A DNA stretch of 64,000 nt from an uncultured bacterium (GCA_943787795.1 CALSNU010000001.1:448001-512000), one strand, 5' to 3'. Counted from the first letter of the stretch, positions 19,326 through 29,573 are shown. Program-made: numbers and translations. Notes: a model not told the origin generated them from the sequence alone.

Positions 19326-20624
19326 CTAGCCGTTCCCCGGCTTCACCTCGAGCTCCAGCGTGAAGGTCGTGCCGGCGCCGGTGCTCGAGTCGAAGCTGAC
19401 CTCGCCTCCCATCACCCGGGCGACTCGGGTCGCCACGGTCAGACCGAGCCCGCTCCCGTCCATGAAGGAGCTGCCCGTGGCGCTGGCGAAGGGCTCGAAG
19501 ATCTTGCCTGACAGCTCGCCCGTAACCCCGCAGCCTGTGTCCTCGACCTCGAACCGGAGCCTGACGGAGTCCCAGCTTCCCGTTGGCTCACGCAGGAGCC
19601 GGATCTCTACCGAGCCGCTGTCGGTGTACTGGATCGCATTCTCGACCAGGTAGCCGAGGACCTGTCGCAGCCGGTGCACGTCGGTGAGGATGACGTCGGG
19701 AACCGCCGGACCGACCTCCAGGCGGAGGTCCAGGCCCTTGGCTGCAGCCTCGTCAGCGTAGCGGTCACGGAGGTCTCCCAGGGTCTCGCGTACGACGCAG
19801 CTCTGGTCAGAGAGCACAAGGGAGCCAAGCTCCACCTGCGTGAAGTCGATGACCTTGTTGATCATGCCGAGAAGCCGTTGGCTGCGGTCAAGGGCATCAT
19901 CGAGGCCGGTCACCTGATCGCTCTCGATGAGGCGATCGAGGATGACGTTGAGGTGCGAGCTCATCTCCGTTGTGAGGCGCATGATGAAGTCGGACTTCAT
20001 CGCAGATGTTCGGTCTGCGCTCGCCTTCGCGGTGGCGAGCGCCTTGTTGAGCGTCTCCAGTGAGGACGCGTAAGCTCGCGCCTCGACCTCCTTCTGCGAG
20101 ATGAGCTCGATGGCCTTCTGCTCTCGGTTCGCCGCGTTCCACTTCTCCGTGAAGGCGCTGGCGATCTGACAGATCTCCGTGGGATCAAACGGCTTCTTGA
20201 GGATCAGCAGCTTGTCGGTGTGGCCGAGCTCCTCAATCATCTGCTCCCAGGAGTAGTCGGAGAAGGCGGAGCAGATCACGCACTGGAGGTTCGGGTCGAT
20301 CTCCCAGAGCCTCTTGATCGTCTGGACCCCATCGATCCCGGGGGGCATGCGCACGTCGACGAACGCCATCGCAAAGGGCTCGTGCTTGTTGAGGCTCTCC
20401 TGCGTGACCTCCAGGGCCTCGACGCCCTGGAAGCAGAACGTCAGGTCGTAGTTGTTCTTGGCGGTGGCTGAGGTCTGGGACGACGTCGCCGGCGGAGACT
20501 CGCCGAAGAAGGCTGCCCGCGCCGAGGCGAGATCGCTCGTCGCTTCGCTGCCGCTCGCCAGGATCTTCTTGAAGTCCTCGTGGATGCCCTTGGTGTCATC
20601 CACGATGAGGATGCGCCGATTCAT
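19326..20624 (-). CDS. Receiver + HisKA/HATPase hybrid protein lacking the canonical phospho-His
   Basis: Receiver ILIVDD / FVDVRMPPGIDG / KKPF. N box LVENAIQYT, G1 DTGCG, F box IFEPF, G2 GSGLGL. H-box reads LTTEMSSHLN. Confidence 0.88.
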   Translation of the reverse strand: MNRRILIVDDTKGIHEDFKKILASGSEATSDLASARAAFFGESPPATSSQTSATAKNNYDLTFCFQGVEALEVTQESLNKHEPFAMAFVDVRMPPGIDGVQTIKRLWEIDPNLQCVICSAFSDYSWEQMIEELGHTDKLLILKKPFDPTEICQIASAFTEKWNAANREQKAIELISQKEVEARAYASSLETLNKALATAKASADRTSAMKSDFIMRLTTEMSSHLNVILDRLIESDQVTGLDDALDRSQRLLGMINKVIDFTQVELGSLVLSDQSCVVRETLGDLRDRYADEAAAKGLDLRLEVGPAVPDVILTDVHRLRQVLGYLVENAIQYTDSGSVEIRLLREPTGSWDSVRLRFEVEDTGCGVTGELSGKIFEPFASATGSSFMDGSGLGLTVATRVARVMGGEVSFDSSTGAGTTFTLELEVKPGNG

Positions 20625-22534
20625 GCGGCACCTCCACGGCGGACCGAAGCGCTATCCGTGACGGTCTCCAGGCTGCCGGGCGGGCGCTCGGGGACCTCGA
20701 GCGTGAAGCACGCGCCGCGCCCGACGCCATCGCTCTGGACCCGGAGGCTGCCTCCCATCTCCTTGGCCACGTTGGCGCAGGAGTGGAGGCCGAAGCCGTG
20801 CCCGTCGTCGCGAGTCGTATAACCCATGGAGAAGATCCGGATCAGATCCTCCTTCGCGATCCCACAGCCGTTGTCTGCGACAGACAGCGCGAGCATCCCA
20901 TCGGCGCTCTTCCGGAGCTCCAGGAGCACCTCCTGGCTGGGACCACTGGTGGCCTGGCGCGCGTTCTGGATGAGGTTCACGAGGATCTCCAGCAAGCGGT
21001 GCTTGTCGATCTCGATCTCCGGCAGCTGTTCGTAACGCTTGATGACCACGAGCTGAGAAGACTCGCCCTGGGCCTTCTGGGTGATCATGAGCGCCTCGTC
21101 GAACCGGTCGGCGAGGTTGGTGAACTCGCGGAGGCTGGTCTTCTTGGCGATCCCCTGCTGGCTCTTGATCAGCTCGCAGATGTGTTCGATGCCGTCGCTG
21201 AGCGACTGGACCTCGTCGCGGATGGAGCCCCGCTCCTCCCTCAGCTGCTTGACCAGGGCGGCGAGGAACGGCTCGATGTGCTTGCCGCGCGGGTCGGAGG
21301 TGAGGAAGGTCGGCAGGTCCTCGGCGTGCTCGGTCAGGACGGCTGCGAGCCTCTCCAGGTCCCGAATACAGAGCTCATCTAGCCGCTGACCGACGAGGGC
21401 AGCTGAGATGTTCACGCTGTTCAAGACGTTGCCGACGTTGTGGAGGATTCCCGTGGCGAGTTCGCTCTTTCCGGCGGTGCGGGCGGTCTCAAGCAGGTCT
21501 CCGCGAGCCTTCTCGAGGCGGATCATCATCTGATCGAATCCGCGTCCGAGCATCCCGAACTCGTCGTCGCGGGCCGTGTTCAGGCGCGCGTGGAAGTCCT
21601 CGCTAGACCCCGTCTTCTCGGCGTGCTCCGTCAGCTCCTGGATCGGACGCAGGACGAGGTGGTTGAGGACGAGGATGAGGCAGAGCAGCACGATGAAGCC
21701 CATCGTGGCGTCGAGTACCGCGCCGGATGCCATCGCCGTACTTCCAGCGCTCGAGATCCGTCGCACGACGTTCGCGCGCAGGACGATCGAGGGGCGCTCG
21801 AGGATATCGTTGATGGTGGCGTACGCAGCGATCTGGTCGGACTCGCCCTGCGCGTCCAGCACGGGCGCCGTCGCGCTGGTGATCTGGTCGAGGCGCTGGC
21901 TGACGTCCTGCGGCATGGTGCGCGGTCCGTCGATTTGCCAGAGGTCGAAGAGGTTTCCCGTGTCCTCCGCGATGCGATCTCGAACGGTGTCGAAGACGAA
22001 GCGTCCGGCGACGACAAAGCCGTCATTGAGCGGATAGGCCGCGGCTGCGAGGCACATCGGTCCCTTGGAGGTGGCGAGCAAGCCGCTCGACTTCATGCCC
22101 TGGGGATCCAGCGTCGAGGCGGCCCACGCCAGCGCTGGGTGGCGCAGGCTCAGCCGGTTGGGGAACTCCTCGAGGGTGATGGGGGTGTGATCATCCGGGT
22201 CGAGGACGATCTTGTGCGTCGCCGAACCGGAGGCGTCGCAGAAGAGCAGCAGGTCCAGCTCCTGAGCGATGACGCCTCCGAGCCTCGGCGCCGCCGCCGA
22301 GGTGGAGAGGGGGGGGCCGGTGGTTGACGCGACGTACCACCGCGTGATCCGTTCGAGGTCACGGATCTCAGCGTCGAAGGCCCGGGTGATCTCGTCGAGG
22401 TCCTCGATCACCTCCTCTTCTTCAAGTAGCTCGAAGGTGCTCGAGAAGACCGAGTAGTGGATCAACGCGCCGGCGACGGACACAACGATGACCAGCGCCG
22501 AGATGATCGAGGCGATCTTGACCTTGAGGGACAT
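20621..22534 (-). CDS. Membrane sensor histidine kinase (extracytoplasmic CHASE4-like sensor, HAMP)
   Basis: Two TMs flanking a sensor domain. HAMP RDDEFGMLGRGFDQM, H-box ATGILHNVGNVLNSVN, NLIQNA, DNGCGI, GHGFGL. Confidence 0.9.
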   Translation of the reverse strand: MSLKVKIASIISALVIVVSVAGALIHYSVFSSTFELLEEEEVIEDLDEITRAFDAEIRDLERITRWYVASTTGPPLSTSAAAPRLGGVIAQELDLLLFCDASGSATHKIVLDPDDHTPITLEEFPNRLSLRHPALAWAASTLDPQGMKSSGLLATSKGPMCLAAAAYPLNDGFVVAGRFVFDTVRDRIAEDTGNLFDLWQIDGPRTMPQDVSQRLDQITSATAPVLDAQGESDQIAAYATINDILERPSIVLRANVVRRISSAGSTAMASGAVLDATMGFIVLLCLILVLNHLVLRPIQELTEHAEKTGSSEDFHARLNTARDDEFGMLGRGFDQMMIRLEKARGDLLETARTAGKSELATGILHNVGNVLNSVNISAALVGQRLDELCIRDLERLAAVLTEHAEDLPTFLTSDPRGKHIEPFLAALVKQLREERGSIRDEVQSLSDGIEHICELIKSQQGIAKKTSLREFTNLADRFDEALMITQKAQGESSQLVVIKRYEQLPEIEIDKHRLLEILVNLIQNARQATSGPSQEVLLELRKSADGMLALSVADNGCGIAKEDLIRIFSMGYTTRDDGHGFGLHSCANVAKEMGGSLRVQSDGVGRGACFTLEVPERPPGSLETVTDSASVRRGGAA

Positions 22535-22545
22535 GGTCGCCGCCG

Positions 22546-23022
22546 TCAGGCGGCTGCCCTCCGGGGCGGATCTTGCCCCTTGACCGAGACCTCGGATTGG
22601 ATGTCCTCACTGCGAAGCGAGCGGGTGGCCTCGTTCATGAGGTCTGCCAGGTCCTGCAGCTCGTCGCCTGCGCGAAGCCGGATATCGTTCGGACGGTCGC
22701 CCGCGATCACGGCCTTCAGGAATTGATCGAAGCGATACAGGGGGCCGGCGAAGCGGAAGCTGCCGACCACGCCCACCAGGAACGTCAGCGGGAGGAAGAT
22801 CAGCGCGGACCACCCGAGCAGTTCGATGCCGATCGAGCTGGCCTCCTCGGCGGACCATCCACTGTCAGCGGGCATGCGGCTCGCTGCTCGGTGGAGGAGC
22901 GAATCCAGCAGGGTGTATTGAAGGCTGAGCATCAAGACGACCAGGCCCAGGAACTTGGCGCTCAGCCGGAGCTGGAGCCCCGGCCGGATCAGCTTTTGCC
23001 GTCGTCTGAATCTCTGAACCAT
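22546..23022 (-). CDS. Small two-TM protein with HAMP-like C-terminus
   Basis: RRRQKLI..LQLR, two hydrophobic helices, RFAGPLYRF..IRLRAGDELQDLADLMN. Confidence 0.7.
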   Translation of the reverse strand: MVQRFRRRQKLIRPGLQLRLSAKFLGLVVLMLSLQYTLLDSLLHRAASRMPADSGWSAEEASSIGIELLGWSALIFLPLTFLVGVVGSFRFAGPLYRFDQFLKAVIAGDRPNDIRLRAGDELQDLADLMNEATRSLRSEDIQSEVSVKGQDPPRRAAA

Positions 23023-23254
23023 GGGGGAAGTGGGGGCAGCGCTGTGCTCCCGGGGATGGATCGGAACTCCGGAGAAGCCACCTTGAGACGATCCGGCCTT
23101 CCTGGACACGTCACAAGCGCAGCTCTCCTCGCCGCCGCTGGCCCTCCCTCGGGCCCGAGCGTGTAGGACGCTCCGATGGCAAGTTGGCTTAGAGAACCAG
23201 CGCCGTCAGGGACTCAGACGGCTCCGGGGCGCCTGAATTCCGCTGCTCAGCCGC

Positions 23255-24559
23255 TCAGCGGGCCGCAAGGCCAGACCTGCGGCTGCGGCAGGTCTTGGTC
23301 TGCTGATAGGACCGGAGCGCGGCCTGGGCGGCCGCCTGCACGGCGGGGTCAGGGTGCAGCCGGTAGGAGTGGACCAGCTTGAGCGCTGTCGGGGAGCGCA
23401 GCGTCCCCAGGGCGCTCAGCGCCAGGCACTGTGTCGCCGCGTCGCCCCCCTCAAGCAGCCCTGCGACTCCTGCCGCGATCTCATCGTGGAAGAGGCGCTT
23501 GGTGCAGATGTCCCGCAGGATCGTCAGCTGGACAGTTCGAGAGGCGAGGTTCAGCTCGTCGAGCTGAAGTTGGCCCTCCGCATCCCACCAGGCGAGCTGA
23601 TCGTCGAACCAGCTGCGCCAGCGCTGGGGGTCGGCAGGCAAGGCCATGCCGGTCAGCTCGTGCAGCGCGGTCTGAGCGGCGGTGCGGACGGTGAGGTTGC
23701 CGTCGTCCAGGCTCTCGATCAGCGGGTAGACATGGGCGCGTTCGCCCGCCTTGGCGAGGCACGCGGCGGCCTGGTGACGCGCGAAGGTCCGCGCGTCCCT
23801 GAGGTAGGTGACCACCCGATCCGCCACTTCAGGGTTCGGTCCCGCGTCCGCCCGGTGGAGTGCGAGGTGGAGTCGATTGAGGACGGCAGGGTCGCTCGCG
23901 GGGAGGGCACCGAGGAGGTGGACCAGCGCCTTGGTGGAGACCCCGGGATCCGCTCCGCCAGCGACCCCATCGAGGATGGCCCGAGTGAGCGGCTCAGGGG
24001 CTCCTTGATAGAGACGTAGGAGGTCGGGGGCGGAGTAGAGCCGAAGCGATGTGGCGTCGAGCAGGCAGCTGCGGAGGCTTGATGGCGCCTCGCCTGCGCG
24101 CCTCGGCGCGAGGTCCACCGCGCTGGTGACAAGGTCCACGAGCGCCCGGAAGTCGGCGGGTGTACCACCTGCGTGGAGGATCTCCACGCCCACCGCCAGC
24201 GCGTGCGCCCTGGCCTCTGAGGGGAGCTCGTGTCGTGAGGTCAGGCTGCTGATGACCTCGGGGACCTGCCTCGTCGTTTCCAGAAGGGCAGCCCGGTTGA
24301 CGCTCTTCAGTCCCTTCATCCTGGCCTCGTGCGACGCCCGGGAGATGTCTTTCAGCCAGCTCGTGACGGCCTCCAGCTCGGCCCCAAGGAGGAGGGCGGT
24401 GAGCTCCTTCACTGGAACGTCGCTCGCGGCGATGTCCCCGTCGCTGGAGGCCTCGATCATCGCTGCCAGCGATTCCCGAGGGAGCTTCGAGTCTCCGGCC
24501 GCAGCCGTGCTGACGACCAGGGAGCTCAACAGGAGGAGTAGAGGAAGGACCCTGGTCAC
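23255..24559 (-). CDS. Secreted HEAT-repeat protein
   Basis: Signal peptide. HEAT-like units LIESLDDGNLTVRTAAQTAL and HPDPAVQAAAQAAL. GTGA overlap with the upstream gene. Confidence 0.7.
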   Translation of the reverse strand: MTRVLPLLLLLSSLVVSTAAAGDSKLPRESLAAMIEASSDGDIAASDVPVKELTALLLGAELEAVTSWLKDISRASHEARMKGLKSVNRAALLETTRQVPEVISSLTSRHELPSEARAHALAVGVEILHAGGTPADFRALVDLVTSAVDLAPRRAGEAPSSLRSCLLDATSLRLYSAPDLLRLYQGAPEPLTRAILDGVAGGADPGVSTKALVHLLGALPASDPAVLNRLHLALHRADAGPNPEVADRVVTYLRDARTFARHQAAACLAKAGERAHVYPLIESLDDGNLTVRTAAQTALHELTGMALPADPQRWRSWFDDQLAWWDAEGQLQLDELNLASRTVQLTILRDICTKRLFHDEIAAGVAGLLEGGDAATQCLALSALGTLRSPTALKLVHSYRLHPDPAVQAAAQAALRSYQQTKTCRSRRSGLAAR

Positions 24560-26442
24560 TTCTTGAACTCTCCGTCGGGTCCCTTGGGGATGGGCTTGAT
24601 CAGGGCCGTGGTATTGAGGGCTAGCGAGGCGTACTCCAGCTCCGGTTTGAGGAGAGGCGGGCCATCGGGTACCGAGCTCTTCAGGGCCTTGCGGACCTGG
24701 TCCAGCTTCTCCCTGTAAGCGCTGACGTGGTGATCCTGGTCCGACCCGGTCGGTCGCATCCAGCGGCGCAGGGTCCCGTTCCGTGGATCGACCCAGCGCA
24801 TGCTCATGAGGCGGTCGGAGGTGGTGGAGAGGGCCCCGACTGAGCCGGTGTAGGTGGTTGGCGTCCCGGCGTCATCGAGGAGGATCACCTCGCACTCCGA
24901 CTCTGGCGCTGCGGCAGACGAGAGCAGGGGCGTGAGGCCCTGGAGCCGCAGGACCTGCTTGGGGTCGACGGCGAGTCGTCGGGCGAGTCCGTCTCCAACA
25001 GGGATGATCTGCCAGGATGCGATCCGAGGGGCCGCTGCGGTTCCCTGGCCGCCTGTCGCCATCCTGGTGTCGAAGCTGAGTCGCGCACCCGGTTCTGTTT
25101 CCAGGTGCAGAGCCGTGAGGGCTCCGAGCCAGGAGAGGTCCGCGGGGACGACGATCCGATCCCCCGGCGCGTAGAGGGCTCCGTGGAATCTCCCGGATGA
25201 CGGCAGCGAGAGATCGGCCCGCGGACTCTCGGGTGGATTGATGAAGATCGACGTTCCGTGGGCGTCCGGCTCGTCGGCGAGAGAGACCAGCCGGGTGGAT
25301 GCAGCGCTCTGTATGCCGCCCACAAGGTGGACATGGATCGGCCCCTCGGAGTCGTCGAGCTGGAGCTCGGCTCCCGCCTGCAGTCGCAGGACCCCCGCAC
25401 CGAGCACGAGCGGCCCGCTCAATCGAAGGCTGGCGCCGGTGGAGATGATGAGGTCGCCGGCGATCTCGACGCTCGAGGCGAGGCCGAGGCCGACCTGAGA
25501 GCCGGTCACCACGTGGTCGCCCGTGACCTTGGCGGCCGTGCCCGGGTAGAGGACTGGCGGGGGAATGAACCCCGCTGCGTCCAGGTCGATGACACCCTCG
25601 AAGACGGCGTCGCCCGTGGAGAGCACGAGGCCGTCGACGTCAGCGTGGATCAGCGTGGCGAGCCCCTCGGCGTGGCCCGCGGCGGAGCCGGAAGTCGGGT
25701 CCTCCTTCGAACCTGTCTCCGAGGTCGGGTCGGAACCTGTCTCCGACATCGGGTCGGAACGGGGCGCTGACTGGCCGGCCCCTTGGCGCCCCGCTTCATG
25801 GCCCTTCCCCTCCGTTCCCGGAGAGGGCTCCGTGAGCCAATCGACCCAGGAGTATGACTCCGCTGAAGCCCCGCTCCCGCTCGGCCCATCGAAGTCCAGC
25901 GGGCCCAGCGATCCGAGCCTCCCGGTGACGCCCGTGGTCCGATGAGGGTGGGTCGCCGTGACCTGGGACTCGTAGGTGCCGAGCGACGCGTCGAAGCCGT
26001 CCACGAGCGTACCGCGCCCGATCGTGACGCCTTCGATGCCGAAGAAGCCGCGGCTCGTGATGGGGTTCAGGTTGGGGACGATGATGGTCCGCAGCACAAA
26101 CTCCGCCGTGCGGACCTGGGCGGTGCACTGCAGTTCGATGGAGCCGTCCGCTCGGTCCTGGGCATCCACCCAGTAGAGCCCGGCACCGAACGCGGCGGGG
26201 ATCGTCTCGGAGGCGAGGGAGCCGCTCTTGCCCTGGCTGATGGCGAGCGTTGACTCTGCGATTCCCGCCTCGGCCACATACAACGCTGTACGGCGGTCGA
26301 TGCTGAACCTCTGGTCCCGCTCGATCGTCGATTGAACCCTGCGAAGCGTCGCGCTGATGGCGCCCACGGCGAGGACCGCGAGGAGCGACAGCAGCAGCGC
26401 GGCCCCACGACGCGAGGTTTGAGGTTGGATCCCGGCCTTCAT
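24556..26442 (-). CDS. PilX-like protein with large beta-rich C-terminal domain
   Basis: RRGAALLLSLL class III-like leader without Glu5, ALYVAEAGI motif, C-terminal FHGALYAP..I beta-helix-like region. Confidence 0.72.
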   Translation of the reverse strand: MKAGIQPQTSRRGAALLLSLLAVLAVGAISATLRRVQSTIERDQRFSIDRRTALYVAEAGIAESTLAISQGKSGSLASETIPAAFGAGLYWVDAQDRADGSIELQCTAQVRTAEFVLRTIIVPNLNPITSRGFFGIEGVTIGRGTLVDGFDASLGTYESQVTATHPHRTTGVTGRLGSLGPLDFDGPSGSGASAESYSWVDWLTEPSPGTEGKGHEAGRQGAGQSAPRSDPMSETGSDPTSETGSKEDPTSGSAAGHAEGLATLIHADVDGLVLSTGDAVFEGVIDLDAAGFIPPPVLYPGTAAKVTGDHVVTGSQVGLGLASSVEIAGDLIISTGASLRLSGPLVLGAGVLRLQAGAELQLDDSEGPIHVHLVGGIQSAASTRLVSLADEPDAHGTSIFINPPESPRADLSLPSSGRFHGALYAPGDRIVVPADLSWLGALTALHLETEPGARLSFDTRMATGGQGTAAAPRIASWQIIPVGDGLARRLAVDPKQVLRLQGLTPLLSSAAAPESECEVILLDDAGTPTTYTGSVGALSTTSDRLMSMRWVDPRNGTLRRWMRPTGSDQDHHVSAYREKLDQVRKALKSSVPDGPPLLKPELEYASLALNTTALIKPIPKGPDGEFKK

Positions 26443-26448
26443 GAGCAG

Positions 26449-27051
26449 TCAGTTTCGGCAGAAGACACTCTGGGTCCGCTGCATGGGGAGGGGGCGTCCG
26501 TCGAGCCCGTGGCGTTGGATCGTGACGTGGATGTTCACCTGAGGGCCGTCCATCGTGAAGGCGAGGCCGGCCTCGTCGTCGATGGCGTTGCCGTTGTCAT
26601 CCAGCCCGTTGTCGGGGACTTCGTGCATGTAGGAGGAGGGGACGGCGGTCGACCAGACGACCCGCCGCTCTCGCTCGCTCGCGGGACTCTCACGCCAGAG
26701 GATGCGCCCCGTCCCCTCGGTCGTCGGTGACCATTGAATCTCCTCCAGGGGGCCGTGGACGACTCCGCTCTCCTGCACGCCGAGGCAAGCCTGGAAGCGG
26801 ACATACTCGGAGGAGAGGGGCTTGAGCTGCGGCCCATCGAGGGCCGCCGCGTCCGCGCCCATGAGCGCGAGGGCGATCCGGTCCACGGTCTGGTTCAGCT
26901 CGTTCGAGATCCGTGCGTTCAGGGTCCCGGTGACCGCCGCGGCGCGGCCGGCGCGCAGGAGCATCGCGATGTTGATCGACAGGAGGACGAGGATCGTGAA
27001 GGCGATCAAGACCTCGACGAGGGTGTATCCCGCGCGGCGTTGGGCCCTCAT
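26449..27051 (-). CDS. Prepilin N-terminal methylation protein (PilW-like)
   Basis: RRAG|YTLVEVLIAFTIL cleavage motif with Glu5. DNGLDDNGNAIDDE acidic motif. ATGA overlap with the upstream gene. Confidence 0.82.
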   Translation of the reverse strand: MRAQRRAGYTLVEVLIAFTILVLLSINIAMLLRAGRAAAVTGTLNARISNELNQTVDRIALALMGADAAALDGPQLKPLSSEYVRFQACLGVQESGVVHGPLEEIQWSPTTEGTGRILWRESPASERERRVVWSTAVPSSYMHEVPDNGLDDNGNAIDDEAGLAFTMDGPQVNIHVTIQRHGLDGRPLPMQRTQSVFCRN

Positions 27052-27650
27052 CGGTCGAGCTTCTCCAGGTTCACGAGGAGGGTGGAGACCTCCATGGTTC
27101 GGTCGCCTAGCTTCGTCCTCCACTCAATCCGCACGGTGACCGGAAGGACGAGGTAGTCGCTCGAGCAATCCCCTGGGAGGACCTCGAGGTCACCGTCCAG
27201 GTCTCTTGGGAGGCCGAACTGGGGTTGGTCGAGGGTCTCATCGAGGACCGCTCCATCGCCGGGCAGCAGCACCCGACCGGTGGGGCGCGGCTCGCCTTGT
27301 TCATCAAGGACCGGGCTCAGGCCCTCCACGTCGAAGAAGGGCCCCCGGCCCGTGCCCTCTCCGTCGGGGTCGTCGGAGGGGTCGTCGTTGAAGAGCGCGA
27401 AGACCAGCGCCATGGGCATCGAGCGTATCTGCTCCATGCAGTTCACGGCCCCCTCAGCGGCGACGACTCGCTGCTGCCGAGACGCGGTGCTCATCACCGC
27501 GGCGGTCACCGACGCGGAGAGGATGTACGTGGCGACGGTCCCGACGACGACGGCGATCATCACCTCGACCACGGTGAATCCCCGGAGCCCCTTATCGCCC
27601 CTGGTCCTGCTGAATATCCGTGTCTCCAAGCGTCGCTCCAATGCCCCCAA
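27048..27650 (-). CDS. Prepilin N-terminal methylation protein (PilV-like)
   Basis: LRG|FTVVEVMIAVVV, A....MEQIRS, DLDGD and PVTVRIEW motifs. Start uncertain. Confidence 0.82.
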   Translation of the reverse strand: MGALERRLETRIFSRTRGDKGLRGFTVVEVMIAVVVGTVATYILSASVTAAVMSTASRQQRVVAAEGAVNCMEQIRSMPMALVFALFNDDPSDDPDGEGTGRGPFFDVEGLSPVLDEQGEPRPTGRVLLPGDGAVLDETLDQPQFGLPRDLDGDLEVLPGDCSSDYLVLPVTVRIEWRTKLGDRTMEVSTLLVNLEKLDR

Positions 27651-27784
27651 GCAGGGGGTCTTCGTCGCCGGTGATCCGGCTCCTTGAGGCGCCAGTTGGA
27701 ATCAGCCTGCGTGGATCACACTGCGACGGGATCACCCCAAGGGGATGACCCTGTGCCCGCGGTTCTCGAGCTCTTGGCCCCGGG

Positions 27785-29573
27785 TCAGAGGTCGAACTGG
27801 CGCCGGACCCAGTCGGGTCGCGAGTAGTCCCAGTTTAGCTCGGCCATTCCAGCGACGAGGACGGGATAGAGCTCGAGGAGGACCTGGAGCAGGTCGCTGT
27901 CCAGCGTCGCGGCGTCCATGTAGTTGACGAGTGCGCGTTGCTCCATCGGGCGGCGATTCTCAGGGGCGAGGATGGAGCGCCAGGCCGCGCCAAACGACCC
28001 CCCGGTCTCCTGCTTGCGCTGGTGGATGATCAGATGCAGCAGGTCGATCAGCGGGAGGAAGCGCTCCTCACTGGCGCCCCAGTCGAGGTAGCCGATGATC
28101 GCCCCGTCGCTGTCGACCTGGAGGTGTTTGGCCCGCAGGTCCGCATGGTAGACGCCCAGTCGAACCGCGCGGCCGACGAGGCCCTTCACGGGCGCGTTCG
28201 ATCATGCGGCGAACTCGAGCGTGGGTCTCCCTGCTGGCGATGAGCTCGAGCACCAGGTCAAAGCGCGGCTGCAGCATGGTCTCGAAGAGCTCGTCGTCCA
28301 TGGTCGTCGCCTGCGGTTCGAGCAGGCGCACGAGGTGCTCGGAGGCGTCACTAAACATCCGGTCTGTGAGACGCGGCTCACCGGTGACATCGGTTCCGTT
28401 GAGGCCGTCAACCCTGCGTTCGACCGCGACCTCTGCGCCCTCGATCACCCCGTGGAAGAGCGGCTGTGGGACAGGGACGCCGGGGTACTCCGCGCGCACG
28501 CGCGTGAGCCAGGCGTGGTGCTGCTCGACCATGCGCCGCTTGGCCGGCTGGAGCGCGATGTGGACGGTCCAGCGGCCCTCCTGCCCCGCGCCGCCCGGGA
28601 GCGTCGTGTGTAGCAAGGCGTCGTTGCTCCGCGTGGCGACGAGCATGTCCACCTCCGGCCTTGGCTCGCCGCAGGCGGCGGCGACCTCCTCCAGCAGGCG
28701 GTTGATCCGGCTAGGGCCGGAGGCGACGCGCTGGGCGTGGACCGCGAAGGAGGGCGTCAGCCACGGAAACAGGCCGAGCCTCGTGCCGAGCACCTTGAGG
28801 CGGTTCTTTCGTTCCCTGGGGCCGATGGTGAGCCGCGGCCGAGGCTGACCCAGGGCCACCACATGGCTGAACTCCCGGGCATGGGGGTACAGGGAGAAGG
28901 CCTGGGCATGGCCCCATGGACCGCGGCCGGCGGCGAGCGTCCCAGGGAGCGCCCGTTCTCCGCGAGAGGGCCTCACGATCTCCCGGATCAGGTGGAGCGG
29001 GTGTCGCCTGAAGGCGCCACGTCGACCCGTGGAGCGCTTGTAGCCGAGGCGATTGTCGGCCGTGATGAGCAGCTCGCGCCGGCAGACCCTGCGGAGCTCG
29101 TCCGCCGTGAAGCCCCAGCCTGTCGCCGGGGAGGGGAGGCCGCCCTCGAGGACGACGAGGTCGAAGCTCTCGTCCAGGAACGGAAGCGTCGCGCTGTCGC
29201 CCGCGGCGACAGCGTTGGTGGATCCGGGCGCCAGCGCGGCGGCGCGCTCGAGTGCGAACCGGAGCCGCTCGGGCTCCTTCTCCAGCACGGTCACGTCGAA
29301 TCCGAGGGTGCCGAGGGCGACGGGCGTGCCCGAGAACGCATCCCCGATGAAGAGCGCGCGTCCAGCGGCACCCGCGAGGAGCATCGCCCAGGCGCCGCGG
29401 CTCTCCTTCATGAGCATCATCAACCCGTCGGACTCATCCTCGGGGAGCTCGAGGACGAGCGTCTCGAGCCGACGCTTGAAGGACGCGCTGCTAAGGAAGA
29501 AGCGCTCGAGCGCCGCGCCCATGGCTGGACTCAACCCGTGGGCTCGTCGATCGATCGAAGGGGGAGGCGCCAT
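27785..29573 (-). pseudogene. Class I SAM methyltransferase-like + APH-like phosphotransferase fusion, split by an apparent 1-nt insertion near 28182-28184
   Basis: 5' ORF has an MTase-like region (LPFLDESFDLVVL) and a kinase N-lobe (PVPQPLF..VERRVDG). 3' ORF 27785-28189 has YHADLRAKHL and YLDWG. Removing one G from GAAGGGCCTC joins the two frames. Confidence 0.7.

Noticed and set aside
19300..27700. Slightly weaker codon bias as evidence for a mobile island or prophage
   Set aside because: Impression only. No integrase, transposase, att-like repeats, tRNA or phage genes were seen.
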